Part shown: positions 48,790 through 64,000 of the stretch, piece after piece
Layout: each line of letters begins with the position of its first letter
How positions within the stretch are numbered: position 1 is the first letter of the stretch
Assembly (NCBI RefSeq): GCF_009914755.1
Contig: NC_060936.1
DNA from: the human T2T-CHM13v2.0 reference genome, Homo sapiens
Length of the DNA: 64,000 nt
Reading direction: 5' to 3' (one strand)
The notes under the pieces: generated by a model
Told to the model about the DNA's origin: nothing
What the model saw: the letters and a program-made list of their open reading frames with translations, nothing else
The model's database searches: none
Translations under genes and position numbers: made by a program

Positions 48790-49530
48790 CTAGCGTTAAC
48801 CAGACCTGCCTAATTACATTGCAGGGAAATGGCATGCGTTGGTTTTGCCTGAATATGACAGAAATTGGGGTGGCCATCTGTCAAAAAATGTTCCTGTACC
48901 CGAGAGATAGATATATAAACTCTAAGTCCTATCTGATTATCAGTGAAGGTTGCGTGTGGTTTTTTAAGGTCTAAATACCGGGTGCATGATAAAAGAACAG
49001 TTCCTTTTTTGCAATATGCCAGCTGTCATGGGTTTCCAGGCAAGACATTATTTCTGATAAATAGATATGGACAATAGATAATGTCTATATTAATATTACT
49101 AAAAAGTGGTCCTCTCCTGCAGTTCACCCGAGACGAGGACGACCGTGTATAAAGAGGCAGCCTGCAGATGCCAGACAAGAGACTTTCTTCTTGTGACAGT
49201 TTGAGCTCCCTCACTGCAATTAACTTTTTCTCCCCCTCCCTCTCCTCCTTCATCTTATGCAATGCAGTTCAGAAAAAGGGGGCCTGTATTTTCCTCCTGC
49301 TGATGGAAGTTGATTAGCAGTCAGGTGGAGTGATGCTCAGGGGACAGCACAACGGATTAATTAAATCACTTCTACTGGCTAAGTGGTGACACTTTGATTT
49401 ATAGCAGAGCTCACTCAACCAGACAGCGGCTTTTCTTGCATACCGAAGGAAGAAGGGCCATACTGGCCAGTGGTTGGAGACTGGGGGCTTTGCAAACTTT
49501 AAACACAAGCATCGTAGTCATTAAAGCCAA
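48790..49530. promoter_or_regulatory. Candidate developmental enhancer (MEIS/PBX-HOX motif cluster)
   Basis: four TGACAG, two TGATTTA and several TAAT cores in repeat-free sequence. Confidence 0.45.
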
Positions 49531-49943
49531 AGCCCCCCACTGTGTTCCTCTCTTGGGGGTAGGGGGATCTGCAAGGGAGACAAACTAGACAAAGCAGAGA
49601 GACTGAGCCAGGGGAGGCACAGGACTGTATCACGCCCTGCAGAAAAGTGAGCTTGAAGCAGTTCAGCACTGTTTCCCCCAGGTCTGTCTTTACTGAACCG
49701 TTCTTTGGCATCGAACTTTGGCTCACCCTGAAGAAATAGACCTATGGGAGTCCTATGGTATTGGCTCAGGAGTGCTGGTGACTGTTTCCATGACAGCACA
49801 GGGTCTTCTCAATTAGGAGCCCTCAGATCAAAATGCATGGATTAGCTGTGCCTCTGCTGGTATGTTTTATGTCACAAATGGCATACATTTTGTGGCTGAT
49901 CCTATTTCAGTCTTTGCTTGGGCCGTTGAGAAGTGCAATCGAA

Positions 49944-50275
<332 letters not shown>

Positions 50276-50514
50276 TCATACACTCTCCCGTGTATGAGCT
50301 CTTTATGGATTCCCTGTATAAGTCTCTCCCAACTCTTCCTTTACCTGGAACATTTTTGTTTATCTTGAAATGCTCTTTGAAGAGCTGCCTCCAACAACCT
50401 TAAGAATGAGGTCATATAACATAGCAGTCAAATCCCTAAACTTTAGAGCATATTTAGCAAGGTCTGCTTCTCTGATAACCTATATTGGATTCGGGAGCTT
50501 GTTATACAGATCCC

Positions 50515-50760
50515 GACCGGGCGCAGTGGCTCACGCCTATAATCCCAGCATTTTGGGAGGCAGAGGTGGGAAGATCACTTGAGGCCAGGAGTCTGAGACC
50601 GGCCTGGGCAACATAGCAAGACCCAGTCTCCACAAAAATAAAAAATACAGATTCCTGGGTCCCATTCCATACCTTCTGAATCAGAATAGGTCAGACACAG
50701 CCTTTCTTTTTAACAGAATCTTCTAGGCAATTCTGGAACACGCTGACATTGGAGAACCAT
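50515..50760 (+). mobile_element. FLAM_C (50515-50645) inserted in a MER5A-like MITE
   Basis: Alu monomer, then tacagattcctgggtccc...tctgaatcagaat...ggagaaccat. Confidence 0.7.
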
Positions 50761-50954
50761 AGTTTTAGGGTCAGACATCCCTAAAAGCAAATCTCAGCTC
50801 TACCAGTCAATAGCAGTTTACTTCAAGCAAGGATCATCTCTTTTTTCTCAACCATAAAATGACACTGGTGAGAATTAAATTAGATGTCTGTAAGTAGATA
50901 AACATCTAACATGGCTGGCTGGCAACCTGTAAGACTCAATAAATGGTAGACAAC

Positions 50955-52090
<1,136 letters not shown>

Positions 52091-52539
52091 TAAATGATAG
52101 TTACCACCACCGACAAACAAAAGTTATTTTTCAACTCCCAATTCCCCACCTTGCCCTTCCAGATCTTCTACAATCGATCTAGCAACAAAGCATCCAGTTG
52201 AGGTGCAGGAGGAAGGGGAATGGAGGAGAAATGGGAAAGAAATAATAGTCTCTAGCCCTCTCATTGTTTTTTCTTAACCCAGGAGTCCAAAAAGTCCCCA
52301 AGAAGCCACGGACCGCTTATCCCAACTGTGAAGGAAGCTGATGCGACATCAAATATTAAAAGGGTAGAGGAACCAGCATAGTTTTCCATATAAATGAAGC
52401 TACTTACATATATGAAGATTGCTTTTAAAATTCAAATATAATTATTTTTTAAAAGGCATCCCGCGAGCTCTGTCTCTCTCCCAGCACTGACACTTCTGGG
52501 CTGTTGTCATGTGCCAGTGAGGTGCCTGTTGGCAGACAG

Positions 52540-54000
52540 CCCAAAGCACTTTGTAACATGCCCTCCAGATCCTAAGTGAAAACTGATCAAAGAATTGGCA
52601 CCAGCAAAGACAAGACTGAAATCAGCTCTAAAAGGGGTGGGGTTGGACTATTGTCCCTCTTTGTGGGAACAGCTGCTTAACGGGGCATTGGAGCGGCGTG
52701 ATTATAATATGCATACGGACTGCTCTGTTAACAGAAGCCGGCTTAAAGTACTCCAGGGGCCTCCACCTTGTGTTTTGGCAAAGGGATCTTCGAGGATGCT
52801 GTGTCAAACCTTTTTGAAAATGTCTCCTTGACACGGAGGGTGAGGAACGGCGTCTGCGAATCTCATTACACAGGGTCCCACGCCTCCCTCTGCTGTTCTC
52901 CGGCTCCCGTTTCTTGGCTGCCGCCAGTGGGAGTCGCACGGGGGTCACCTGCCCCCACTTTTAATCAGGACGGGGAAAAATGCACCAAAGGAGTGCCGCG
53001 GGTTACCTGAGCAGACCCGGGAGCCCGTCTCCTGAGTCCTGGGGGAGGATCATTTATTTGTCTGCAGATCGGCAAGCGGGCAGGTTTGCAGAGTCCCTGG
53101 GGGCTAGTAGTTCTTATAAAGGAGAATGCACCACCAAGCAATTAGTTTCATTGTATTGTGCATGGGATGGCATCGCCCGCTCTGGAACGGAAGAGGAGAG
53201 GGGACATCCCGGCACTGGGAGTGGGGAGGGCTGAGAGGGACCCCATGGACACAGCTGACGCCCAGTTCCATAGGCCAGGGGAGGGAAGCGAACCGTGCAA
53301 GTGCTGGAGTCGTGGGGCTGGGATCTCCCACATCTGAATCTGACACGTTCATCCCAGGGCACTGGAACTTAAGATGTGAGTTAGCATCCCCCTTCATCGG
53401 AGGTGGAAACTGGAGATCAGCAAGGTTAGGACAATTTCACCAAAGTGTCCTAGTTAGTAAGTGGCAGGGCTAGGACCACACTGCCCCCCTCCCCGCAACA
53501 CCCTCATCTGTCCCACTCCAGGGCCTATGTGTTTTGCTAGTTGGTTTTGTTTTTACTTGCACCCCACCTAAAGGAAACGGATATGTTTCTTTTTCTGGGG
53601 GGGTAGTTGGCTGCTCCCCAGGCCCTGCCGAGTCCCTGTTCGGGATGGTTTCCCCGTCTCCGTCCTCAGCCCGTTGGCAGCTAAAAGACCCCCTGGCCTC
53701 CATCTCCCAGTGTCTGTGGGTAGAAGCGAAGGGAGGGTGGGAGGAGGGGAACAGTTTTAAAATGAATATATGCATGTGTCTCTCCTGCTAATCACCGGAA
53801 TGCATTTTCAGGAGAGGTGAGCGGAGGGATTAGCTGCAGGACTCCCATTAATGTTAACTTTATTTCAGTAATGAGGTGCCAAGGCATAGAACAATCACTG
53901 TGGCTAACACGGTGTAATCACAGTGATGAGATCCGCATGCTGCGAGGGGAGGGCGAGGGGAGGATCGTCAGGAGAGGGGGGCTGCTCGCTGGTGGGGACG
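52540..54000. promoter_or_regulatory. Repeat-free, CpG-retaining candidate regulatory island
   Basis: about 1.5 kb with no recognisable repeat; homeodomain, TEAD and SOX-like motifs at 53760-53930. Confidence 0.35.
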
Positions 54001-54164
54001 GATGACACAGAAGAGGTGGGGGAGCAGGACGGGAGAGGAAGAGGGAGGAGGAGGCAGGTGACCCTTGGCAAGGGCCGAGTGGGTTAAATGAGGGCCCCTG
54101 ATAAGGAGGAAATAATGGTAGCAACTCCTCGGTGCTCAGAGTGGATAGCCCGGGAGGAGGACTC

Positions 54165-54330
54165 TGCTCATTTAATTTAATCCTCATGGCAAAAGGGAGG
54201 GCAAGGTGTCATCTCCATTTTATAGATCAGCAAACTGAGTTTGAGAGATGTTAAGTAATTTGCCCGACGTCACAGAGCTGTTGGAAGAACCTCAATTGGA
54301 AGTAAGTTTCTCCTAATCACTAAACCTTTC
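54165..54330 (-). mobile_element. MIR
   Basis: ctccattttatagatcagcaaactgag...gttaagtaatttgccc. Confidence 0.75.
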
Positions 54331-54726
54331 GGGACTGCACCCTGACTACAGAGAGCAGAGATAGCAGGCAAGTGCCGAAGAGCTAAAACAGCAGGGCTGG
54401 CAGGAGGAAGACGCGGTTGTGCATGCCCAGCTCGCCTGGAACACCAATGCACGTGCCTGGGTCAGTAGGACTCGGCACTGAACCACAGCTGACCATTTGG
54501 GTGTCTTAGCCATGCTGAGAGAAGAGAAGAAAGGAAAGGCGGAAAAATTGCTACATAACCAGATTCCAGGTGCCATCTCTAGCCACAGAGGAAATCATCA
54601 ATGCATCCACAAACAAAAGTTAGAATGTTCTCTGAATCTCCTGACCACCCTATCCTTCCGTTTGCAAATGCTTGCACCCAAGGGACAGTTAACTCCTAAC
54701 AGAGGCTAGTGTTTCTCCAAGTGTGA

Positions 54727-55146
<420 letters not shown>

Positions 55147-55534
55147 CCAGAGCATTTCTTAGAGCAGTTCCTGGATGAGGTTTCCTGGAGGTTTCCTGAA
55201 ATTTTCTCTGTATTTGTAAGAACTCGCAGAAAGCAGACATCTATAACCAGCAAAGCACATTCTGTAGGCCAGTCTTGCCCCAACTCCATGACCCCATCAC
55301 CTCCCCTGGTTGTTCAAAAGTACGAAGTTCATGCCTTCAACACAACACATTTATTGAGCACCTACAATGTGCCAAGCTCTAGTTCAAGCCCTGGAGATAG
55401 AGCAAGAATCAAACCTAAGTCCCTGCTTTTGCAAAGCTTGCATTCCAGGGAGCAAGACAAGCAAACAACCAAACCGGGAGGATATCAGGATATCAGAGAG
55501 TGCCGTGAGGGAAACGAAAGCGGGAGGAATAGAG

Positions 55535-55741
55535 CAGTGGTTTTCAATCAGGGCGATGTTGCCCCCCAGGGAACATCTCGAAATGTCTAGAGATACTTTT
55601 GGTTGTCATCATCTGGGGAGGGAGGTGCTGGAATGTAGGGGCCAGGGGGGCTGCTAAACACCCTTCAACACACAGGGCAGCCCCCGCAACAAAGAATTAT
55701 CCAGACCTAAATGTCACTGGTGCCCAGGCTGATAACTCCTG
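55535..55741 (+). mobile_element. MER20
   Basis: cagtggttttcaatcagggcgatgttgccccccaggg...aaagaattatccag. Confidence 0.88.
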
Positions 55742-56168
55742 GGCTAGGGAAGACAGAGGACTGCTGTTCAAGGCAGGGGTCAGGGAAGGCCTCCGGTGAG
55801 GGACACTTGAGCAAGGACCCAGAGCAGATGAAGGATGTCTGTGGACGGAAGGTCTCAGGCAGAGGGGATGGGGTTGGAGGAGGCGCCCTCACTGCAGGTG
55901 GGAGCATGCACGCCTCGAGGGAGAGATCTGGGGGTTTCAGCCTAAGTGTGATGGAGCCTGGGGGTCCCAGCAGGGCCAGAGATGCTCTCACTTAAGCTTC
56001 CAAAGGGTTCCTTTGGCTGCTGCAAGGAGAACAGCCTAGGAGGAGCCGAGAGGAGCTGGGGACTAGGTGGGAGGATGCTGGGTCACCTAGGCAAGAAATG
56101 TAGGGGCTGGAAGGGGAAGAGGAGCCCCAGGGTGGTAAGGTGTGGTCTGGATCAGAATGTGTCATCCA

Positions 56169-56630
<462 letters not shown>

Positions 56631-56642
56631 CTAACCCTAAGC

Positions 56643-56865
56643 CAGTGGCTCTCAACTAGTGGCGATTGTGCCCCCCAGAGGACACTGGAGACTAGGCCAT
56701 GTCTGGAGACATTCGGGGTTGTCATAGCTGGGGATGCTGGCTCCTACCGGCATCTAGGGGGTGGAGAGGTCAGGGATGCTGCTGAACGTCCTGCAGTGCC
56801 CAGGACAGCCCCCACCACAGTCACCCAGCCCCGAATGTCACTAGTGCCAAGACTGAGGAATCCTG
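56643..56865 (+). mobile_element. MER20
   Basis: cagtggctctcaact...atgtctggagacatt...agtgccaagactgaggaatcctg. Confidence 0.85.
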
Positions 56866-56959
56866 ACCCCTGATTCCCCCTAAACCCTGCCACCTCCTCT
56901 CACACGGGGCCTGGCCCCACCAACTTAGCGGGGACTTTGTCAGAGGCCAGAGATTCCAA

Positions 56960-57690
56960 ATCAATGCATCTCAGTGGCTAAGGTCCATATTAACTACATC
57001 TCACTTGCTTCTGACAGTGACACAGATCAGATGCTGCTGCTGTCGTGGCTGCCACCACAAGAAACAAGAGTGTTGGAGTGCAAATTCATTATCCAGCTGT
57101 TAAGAGCGACAGAGCATGCACACATCTCTCCCCGACCGGGTTATCTGAGAGCCAGCCCTGCTGTATGATTGAGTGGCTGCCAGCCTCCTCTTCTCTGTAA
57201 CCTTGACACGCCAGAGCCGGGCCTCCAGTGCACAGGCTAAAAATCCTAAAGGCAACGGCGGCGGCAACAAATAGATGGGTTAATTTGTTTCATGCCCCCG
57301 TTGTCACCAGGCTCTCGCAGAATAAAACCACCACCACCACCACCACAACCTCCATTTGTGGGGTTTAATACCCCAGCTGCTGGGAATCAGATTCAGCCGG
57401 AGGAAGAAAATGTGACGTCGATGCAGAGATCCATTTATTCGGTGATGTTTGCTTAAAAACCGGTTTTTCATCTGCAGGTTATTCTTGCACGCTTGGACCT
57501 CAAGCAACACAATATCACATTTCCAGGTGGTATCTTTAAGGAAAGCTAATTAAGACTCTTGGCACTTGTAGGATGAAACATTTTACAATTTTCTTCAAAG
57601 CAATTTGCCAACATTAGCTAATTAAAACACCCAGCCTTCCATTGAGGGACAATGGGAAGAGCATACAATTGTCATTTCTGAGCATCTGTT
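56960..57690. promoter_or_regulatory. Candidate developmental enhancer (TAATTA, SOX, CRE-like, TALE motifs)
   Basis: repeat-free; two ctaattaa, TGACGTCG, ccattg...caatgg, tgattgagtggc. Confidence 0.4.
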
Positions 57691-57885
57691 GTACGGATAG
57701 AAATCCAAATTCCTGTTGCTTCTACTTGGTCAATGTCCTTCTCTGAAGGTGGCCTTTCATGGTTTTTCTGCAACCTGCATTTAGGAGCATTTAGAAGAAG
57801 ATTCCAGCTTTTCTAGCACTTAGCCTCTAAAATAAAGAACAACACAGGGAAAGGAGTTTGAGCAATTGAGGCTGGTCTGCTAAGC

Positions 57886-58105
57886 CAGGGGTTGGCAAAC
57901 TATGGCCCAAGGGCTAAATCCAGCCCTTGACCTTTCTTTAAAGTTTTATTGGAATACAGCCATGCTCATTGGTTTACATATTGTTTCTGGCTACTCTCAA
58001 GCTAAAACAGCAGGGTTAAGTGACTGCTAGAGAAAGTATAAGGCCTAGAAAGCTGGAAATATTTTTACTGTCTGGCCCTTTATGAAAACAGTTTGCAGAC
58101 CTCTG
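57886..58105 (+). mobile_element. MER58A, full length
   Basis: caggggttggcaaactatggccc...agtttgcagacctctg. Confidence 0.88.
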
Positions 58106-58274
58106 CATTCAGCGGTCTGTTGCATCTGCCTATGATTTTCCCGCGCTGCAGGCCAAACTACCCCATTCCCAGTTGTTGATTGGACAGCTCTTTTCCCATG
58201 GTGTCATTACTGTTATTAAGTGTCTAGGCCCCAAATGAAGGTCTCCAAAGAAGTGTCTCTGGTCAGTAGAAAGG

Positions 58275-58408
58275 ATTTTTTTTCTTTAGATAGAGATAGG
58301 GCCTCTCTATGTTAACCAGGCTTATCATGAACTCCTGGCCTCAAGCAATCCTCCCATCTCGGCCTCCCGAAGTGCTGGGATTACAGGCATGAGCCACCAT
58401 GCCCGGCC
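58275..58408 (-). mobile_element. FLAM_C
   Basis: antisense monomer. Confidence 0.85.
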
Positions 58409-58447
58409 CATTAGAAAGGTTATTCAAGAAAAGGGAATTTGAATTTA

Positions 58448-58819
<372 letters not shown>

Positions 58820-59660
58820 CTAAGGATTGCAAGGTCAGCCTTCTGCTGCAGTTCGTCCAAAACATTTCCCCTTCTCCAGCCGCCACCACCCCGTTTGGAG
58901 ATTCCGTCTTGGGGAATTCATTCCCCTTTTTTGAGTCCTGCCTTCTGGATAGTTCGAGGACCCTTCAGTTCTCCATGGATGGAGCTCATGGTCACCTGGA
59001 TGCCTACAACTGGGGAATGAGAGGCCAGGGATCAGGGGTGGGGATGTAATTAATTTCATCTGGGTCCTGGGGTGTCTGAAGGCAGGACCAATGTGACTTT
59101 TACCTTCAAGGTTGGCGGAGACATTTCTAGATACCCCTTACCTTCTCCCCCATCTTCCTTAGCACATCCTTATCTGAAGGCAAACCTTTATCTGCTGCAT
59201 TGTTTATGTGAAGTAGCTTGAAGAATCCTCATTCATCCAGGAGAAACTCCTTTCAAAGGGTGCAGGAAAAACCCTGCAGGTGGTACACCCCCAGAGACAC
59301 CCCCGCAATAAGGCCACTCTGCAAATCGGGGCCTTCAAGAATGAGTTGGTGAAGGCAGGGGTGGGGATAACCAGACAGAGATGGGGAGACACCCTCCCTA
59401 CAGCCATAGCAGCCACTGCCATCACGGAATTAGTTCCAGGCTAGTGTGCGTGTCCCACTGACTCATGAATGGCCATGTGCTGGATTAGGATCTTGCAGTG
59501 CAGGACAAAATAGGCTTGCGTGGAATCTAACTTACAGAGGACATCTAAATAGGGATTTTAGCTTAGTTCAAATCCCGCTATGTTTTTGGGCTCACTCAGC
59601 CACATTGCCCACTAGAAGATTCTGAGAGCAAAAGGACTCAGTAGAAAGCATTTTTGCTAG

Positions 59661-60076
<416 letters not shown>

Positions 60077-60329
60077 TACATATGTTATCTTTTTAATCCC
60101 CCCTAAAAACCTGTGGGGGAGGGTATTACGATGCATCTTGGCAATTTTACAAATAAAAATTCCCAGCTTCAGAAGGGCTTAGAATTGGTGTAAAATTATG
60201 CCACGTGTAAGGGGCAGAGTTGGATGGAAGCCCAGGTCTGTCTGCTCAAGCCCACTCAGCTCTCTGTGCTGGGTTCCATTCTCCCATGCCACACATACAA
60301 GTGTATTCTTAGTATGTTTCTTTCCTTTG

Positions 60330-60459
60330 CTTTTTTCGTTGAAGAGCTGGGGTCTCACTATGCTGCCCAGACTGGTCTCAAACTCCTGGGCTCAAGTGAT
60401 CCTCCCACATCAGCCTCCCAAAGTGCTGGGATTACAGGCATGAGCCACCGCCCCTGGCC
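60330..60459 (-). mobile_element. FLAM_C
   Basis: antisense monomer. Confidence 0.85.
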
Positions 60460-60464
60460 ATCTT

Positions 60465-60960
60465 CGTATATTTCTTAGTATATTCAGAGTTGCACAGCCA
60501 TTCTCACAATCAATTCTAGAATATTTTCATTACCTCCCTGAAAGAAATCCCATATCAATTAGCCATCACTCCCCATTTCCCCCAGTCCCTTCAGCCCCAA
60601 GCAACCACTAATCTACTTTCTGTCTCTACAGATGTGCCTATATTCCGATTTGCCATTTCACGTTAAGTGGAATCATAGATGATGTGGCCTTTGTGACTAG
60701 CTTCTTGTTTAGGATTTAGCATCAGGCTGCCGAGTTTCATCCATGTTGTAGCATGGATCAGCACTTCCTTCCTTTTTGTGGCTGAGTAATATTCCACTGT
60801 TTGGGTAGACCACATTTTGTTTATGGTTGAATAATATTCCACTGCATGGGTAGACCACATTTTGTTTAAATATTCCTCTGCTGATGAACATCTGGGCTAT
60901 TTCTACCTTGTGGCTACTGGAATAGTGCTGTTGTAAATATTTGTGTACACATTTTTCCGT
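60465..60960 (-). mobile_element. L1MB-like 3' end with an internal 45-bp tandem duplication
   Basis: gcaaccactaatctactttctgtctct; ttcatccatgttgtagcatg. Confidence 0.85.
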
Positions 60961-61128
60961 ACATTTTAGAAAATCACATTTTTGTGCCTTTTGTTAAAGA
61001 CTGAAAGAAAAGTTATAAACACATGCTCTCATTGAACAGTGTTACAAATATTTATTGAAACGACTGAGGCATTTAGGGCAGGATAAAGCAGCTGGGTATG
61101 GTAAAAAGAAAAGTGAGTCAAAAGTCAA

Positions 61129-61430
61129 GGCCGGGCATGGTGGCTCACGCCTGTAATCCCAGCATTTTGGGAGGCCGAGGCGGGGGGATTGTTTAAGTCC
61201 AGGAGTTCGAGACCAGCCTGGCCAACATAGCGAAATCCTGTCTCTGCTAAAAATACAAATATTAGCTGGGCATGGTGGTTTGTGCCTGTAGTCCCAGCTA
61301 CTTGGGGGGCTGAGGCAGGAGGATCACTTGAACCTTGGGAGGTTGAGGCTGCAGTGAGCCGTGATCGCACCACTGCACTCCAGCCTGGGTGAAGGAATGA
61401 GACCCTGTCTCAAAAAAAAAAAACAAAAAA
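61129..61430 (+). mobile_element. Alu (Jb/S)
   Basis: TSD aaaagtcaa. Confidence 0.93.
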
Positions 61431-61541
61431 GTCAACATACAGAATGATTGATCTTTTTGATTCATTCACTAAATACTTATTAAAATATCTCCTGAGCATA
61501 AGATGGTATCCTGGGTACTGATGATTTCACTCCCTAGCTAG

Positions 61542-61870
<329 letters not shown>

Positions 61871-62334
61871 ATCATTCCTTGAAAAATACAAAGTTGCTGC
61901 TGTTCTAGAAAACAATCAAAGGTCAATCATTTGTCTTTTCAGGGCCTCCTCTTCTCATCAGCAAGCAGGGACAGTGCATCGACCCAGAGGCCTGGGAGAG
62001 GCAGGAATAATGATGCGCCAGAGAGAATTCTGGATTCGGGAGAATCAGAGACTTAACAAATATAATGCTGACAATATGACCATTATGACACAAGAACCTA
62101 TTTGTATCCATTGTCCTTTCCTCGCCTGAAATAACCTATTGCTTCCTACTCGGTGATGACATTTTTCAGGCACCAAGAGTTGCCCGTGGAACAAGAAGTA
62201 CATAAACTTCCTTGCTTTGTAGAAAACAGATTCCGTTTTATAAGTGGTTTAGTATTTAGACACTACCTCCAAAGGTTGGGAAGGCCCTTACAAAGCAACA
62301 GGAGTCGGCCAGAATGAAAAGAATCAGCCGATGG

Positions 62335-62446
62335 CTGGGAGGCGGAGGCTTCAGTAAGCCGAGATCGCACCACTGCACTCCAGCCTGGGCGACAAAAGTG
62401 AGACTCCATCTCAAAAAAATAAAAATAAAAAAATAAAAATAAATAA
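62335..62446 (+). mobile_element. 5'-truncated Alu
   Basis: right-arm 3' end and A tail only. Confidence 0.88.
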
Positions 62447-62532
62447 AGGAATGATAGACTTGCCAATCTGCCTTGGAGAAGCAACAGACGGCTAAATCGT
62501 AGGGTTCCTGGCATTGCATTTGCCCACATTTG

Positions 62533-62546
62533 CCAGCAGATGGCGA
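62533..62546 (+). promoter_or_regulatory. Candidate CTCF site with a possible upstream motif
   Basis: CCAGCAGATGGCGA core preceded by ttgcatttgcc. Confidence 0.55.
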
Positions 62547-62908
62547 CGTGATCCTGCAATGTTGCATTAGTGCAACCCCGGGCAATGAAAGGTCAGGGAC
62601 AGGGCACCTGAAGCTGGCTACTTGGAGACTTGGGAACCTCATCTATTGCTTTGCAGAGGTCCGAACACCACTAAACACATTTGGGAGGGAGGAACAGAGG
62701 AAGGTCGACCAATGACGTGTTTAAAACAGCTGCAAGGATCGGATGAAATTTGCAATTGGCTTGAGCTTGAACTCCAGATAATCTCCAGAATAAAGACATG
62801 GGGGTGGGAGTTAAAACAAAGAACTTGATGCAAATTAGGGTCAAACAATGATCCCCTTATGGCACATCCATTCCAAGGAATATCTTCAGTCATTAGAAAA
62901 CCAAGTGG

Positions 62909-63782
<874 letters not shown>

Positions 63783-64000
63783 GGCCAGGTGTAGTGGCTC
63801 ACGCTTGTAATTCTAGCACTTTGGGAGGCCAAGGCGGGCAGATCACTTGAGGTCAGGAGTTCAAGACCAGCCTGGCCAACATGGCGAAACCCTGTCTTTA
63901 CTAAAAAAAAAAAAAATACAAAAATTAGCCAGGCATGGTGGCACATGCCTGTAATCCCACTATTTGGGAGGCTGAGGCAGGAGATAACTTGAACCCGGGA
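63783..64000 (+). mobile_element. AluS, cut by the window edge
   Basis: Alu sequence. Confidence 0.92.

Noticed and set aside
54570-54583. CTCF-like GCTAGAGATGGCAC (minus strand)
   Set aside because: The 5' half of the motif matches poorly.

Overview
Primate, very likely human, non-coding genomic DNA (intergenic or deep intronic). I find no credible protein-coding exon, tRNA/rRNA/snRNA gene or CRISPR array. The supplied ORFs are Alu, L1, LTR or microsatellite read-throughs or chance ORFs. The window holds about 55 Alu/FLAM/FRAM pieces, many old L1M fragments, MIR/L2 relics, MaLR and ERV1 solo LTRs (including an LTR12/ERV9 solo LTR with both termini at 19727-21103), hAT/Tigger MITEs and several simple repeats. 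Repeat-free islands at about 17.5-18.3, 21.1-22.3, 48.8-49.5, 52.3-54.2 and 56.9-57.7 kb are dense in homeodomain/TALE/SOX/CTCF-type motifs and look like cis-regulatory elements. The most unusual structures are: (1) a ~277-bp, ~89%-identical local inverted duplication (41893-42168 vs 43558-43834) whose right arm sits in a block that splits an old L1; (2) a four-level nested transposon stack (MER58B > AluJ > MER57 > AluS) with readable TSDs; (3) a twin-priming-type inverted L1; (4) the LTR12 promoter followed by a plausible splice donor/acceptor pair. Family and subfamily names come from my recall of consensus sequences, not from a database search, and boundaries are approximate unless a TSD is quoted. 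I cannot identify the chromosomal locus, and I see no evidence for a new multi-gene system.
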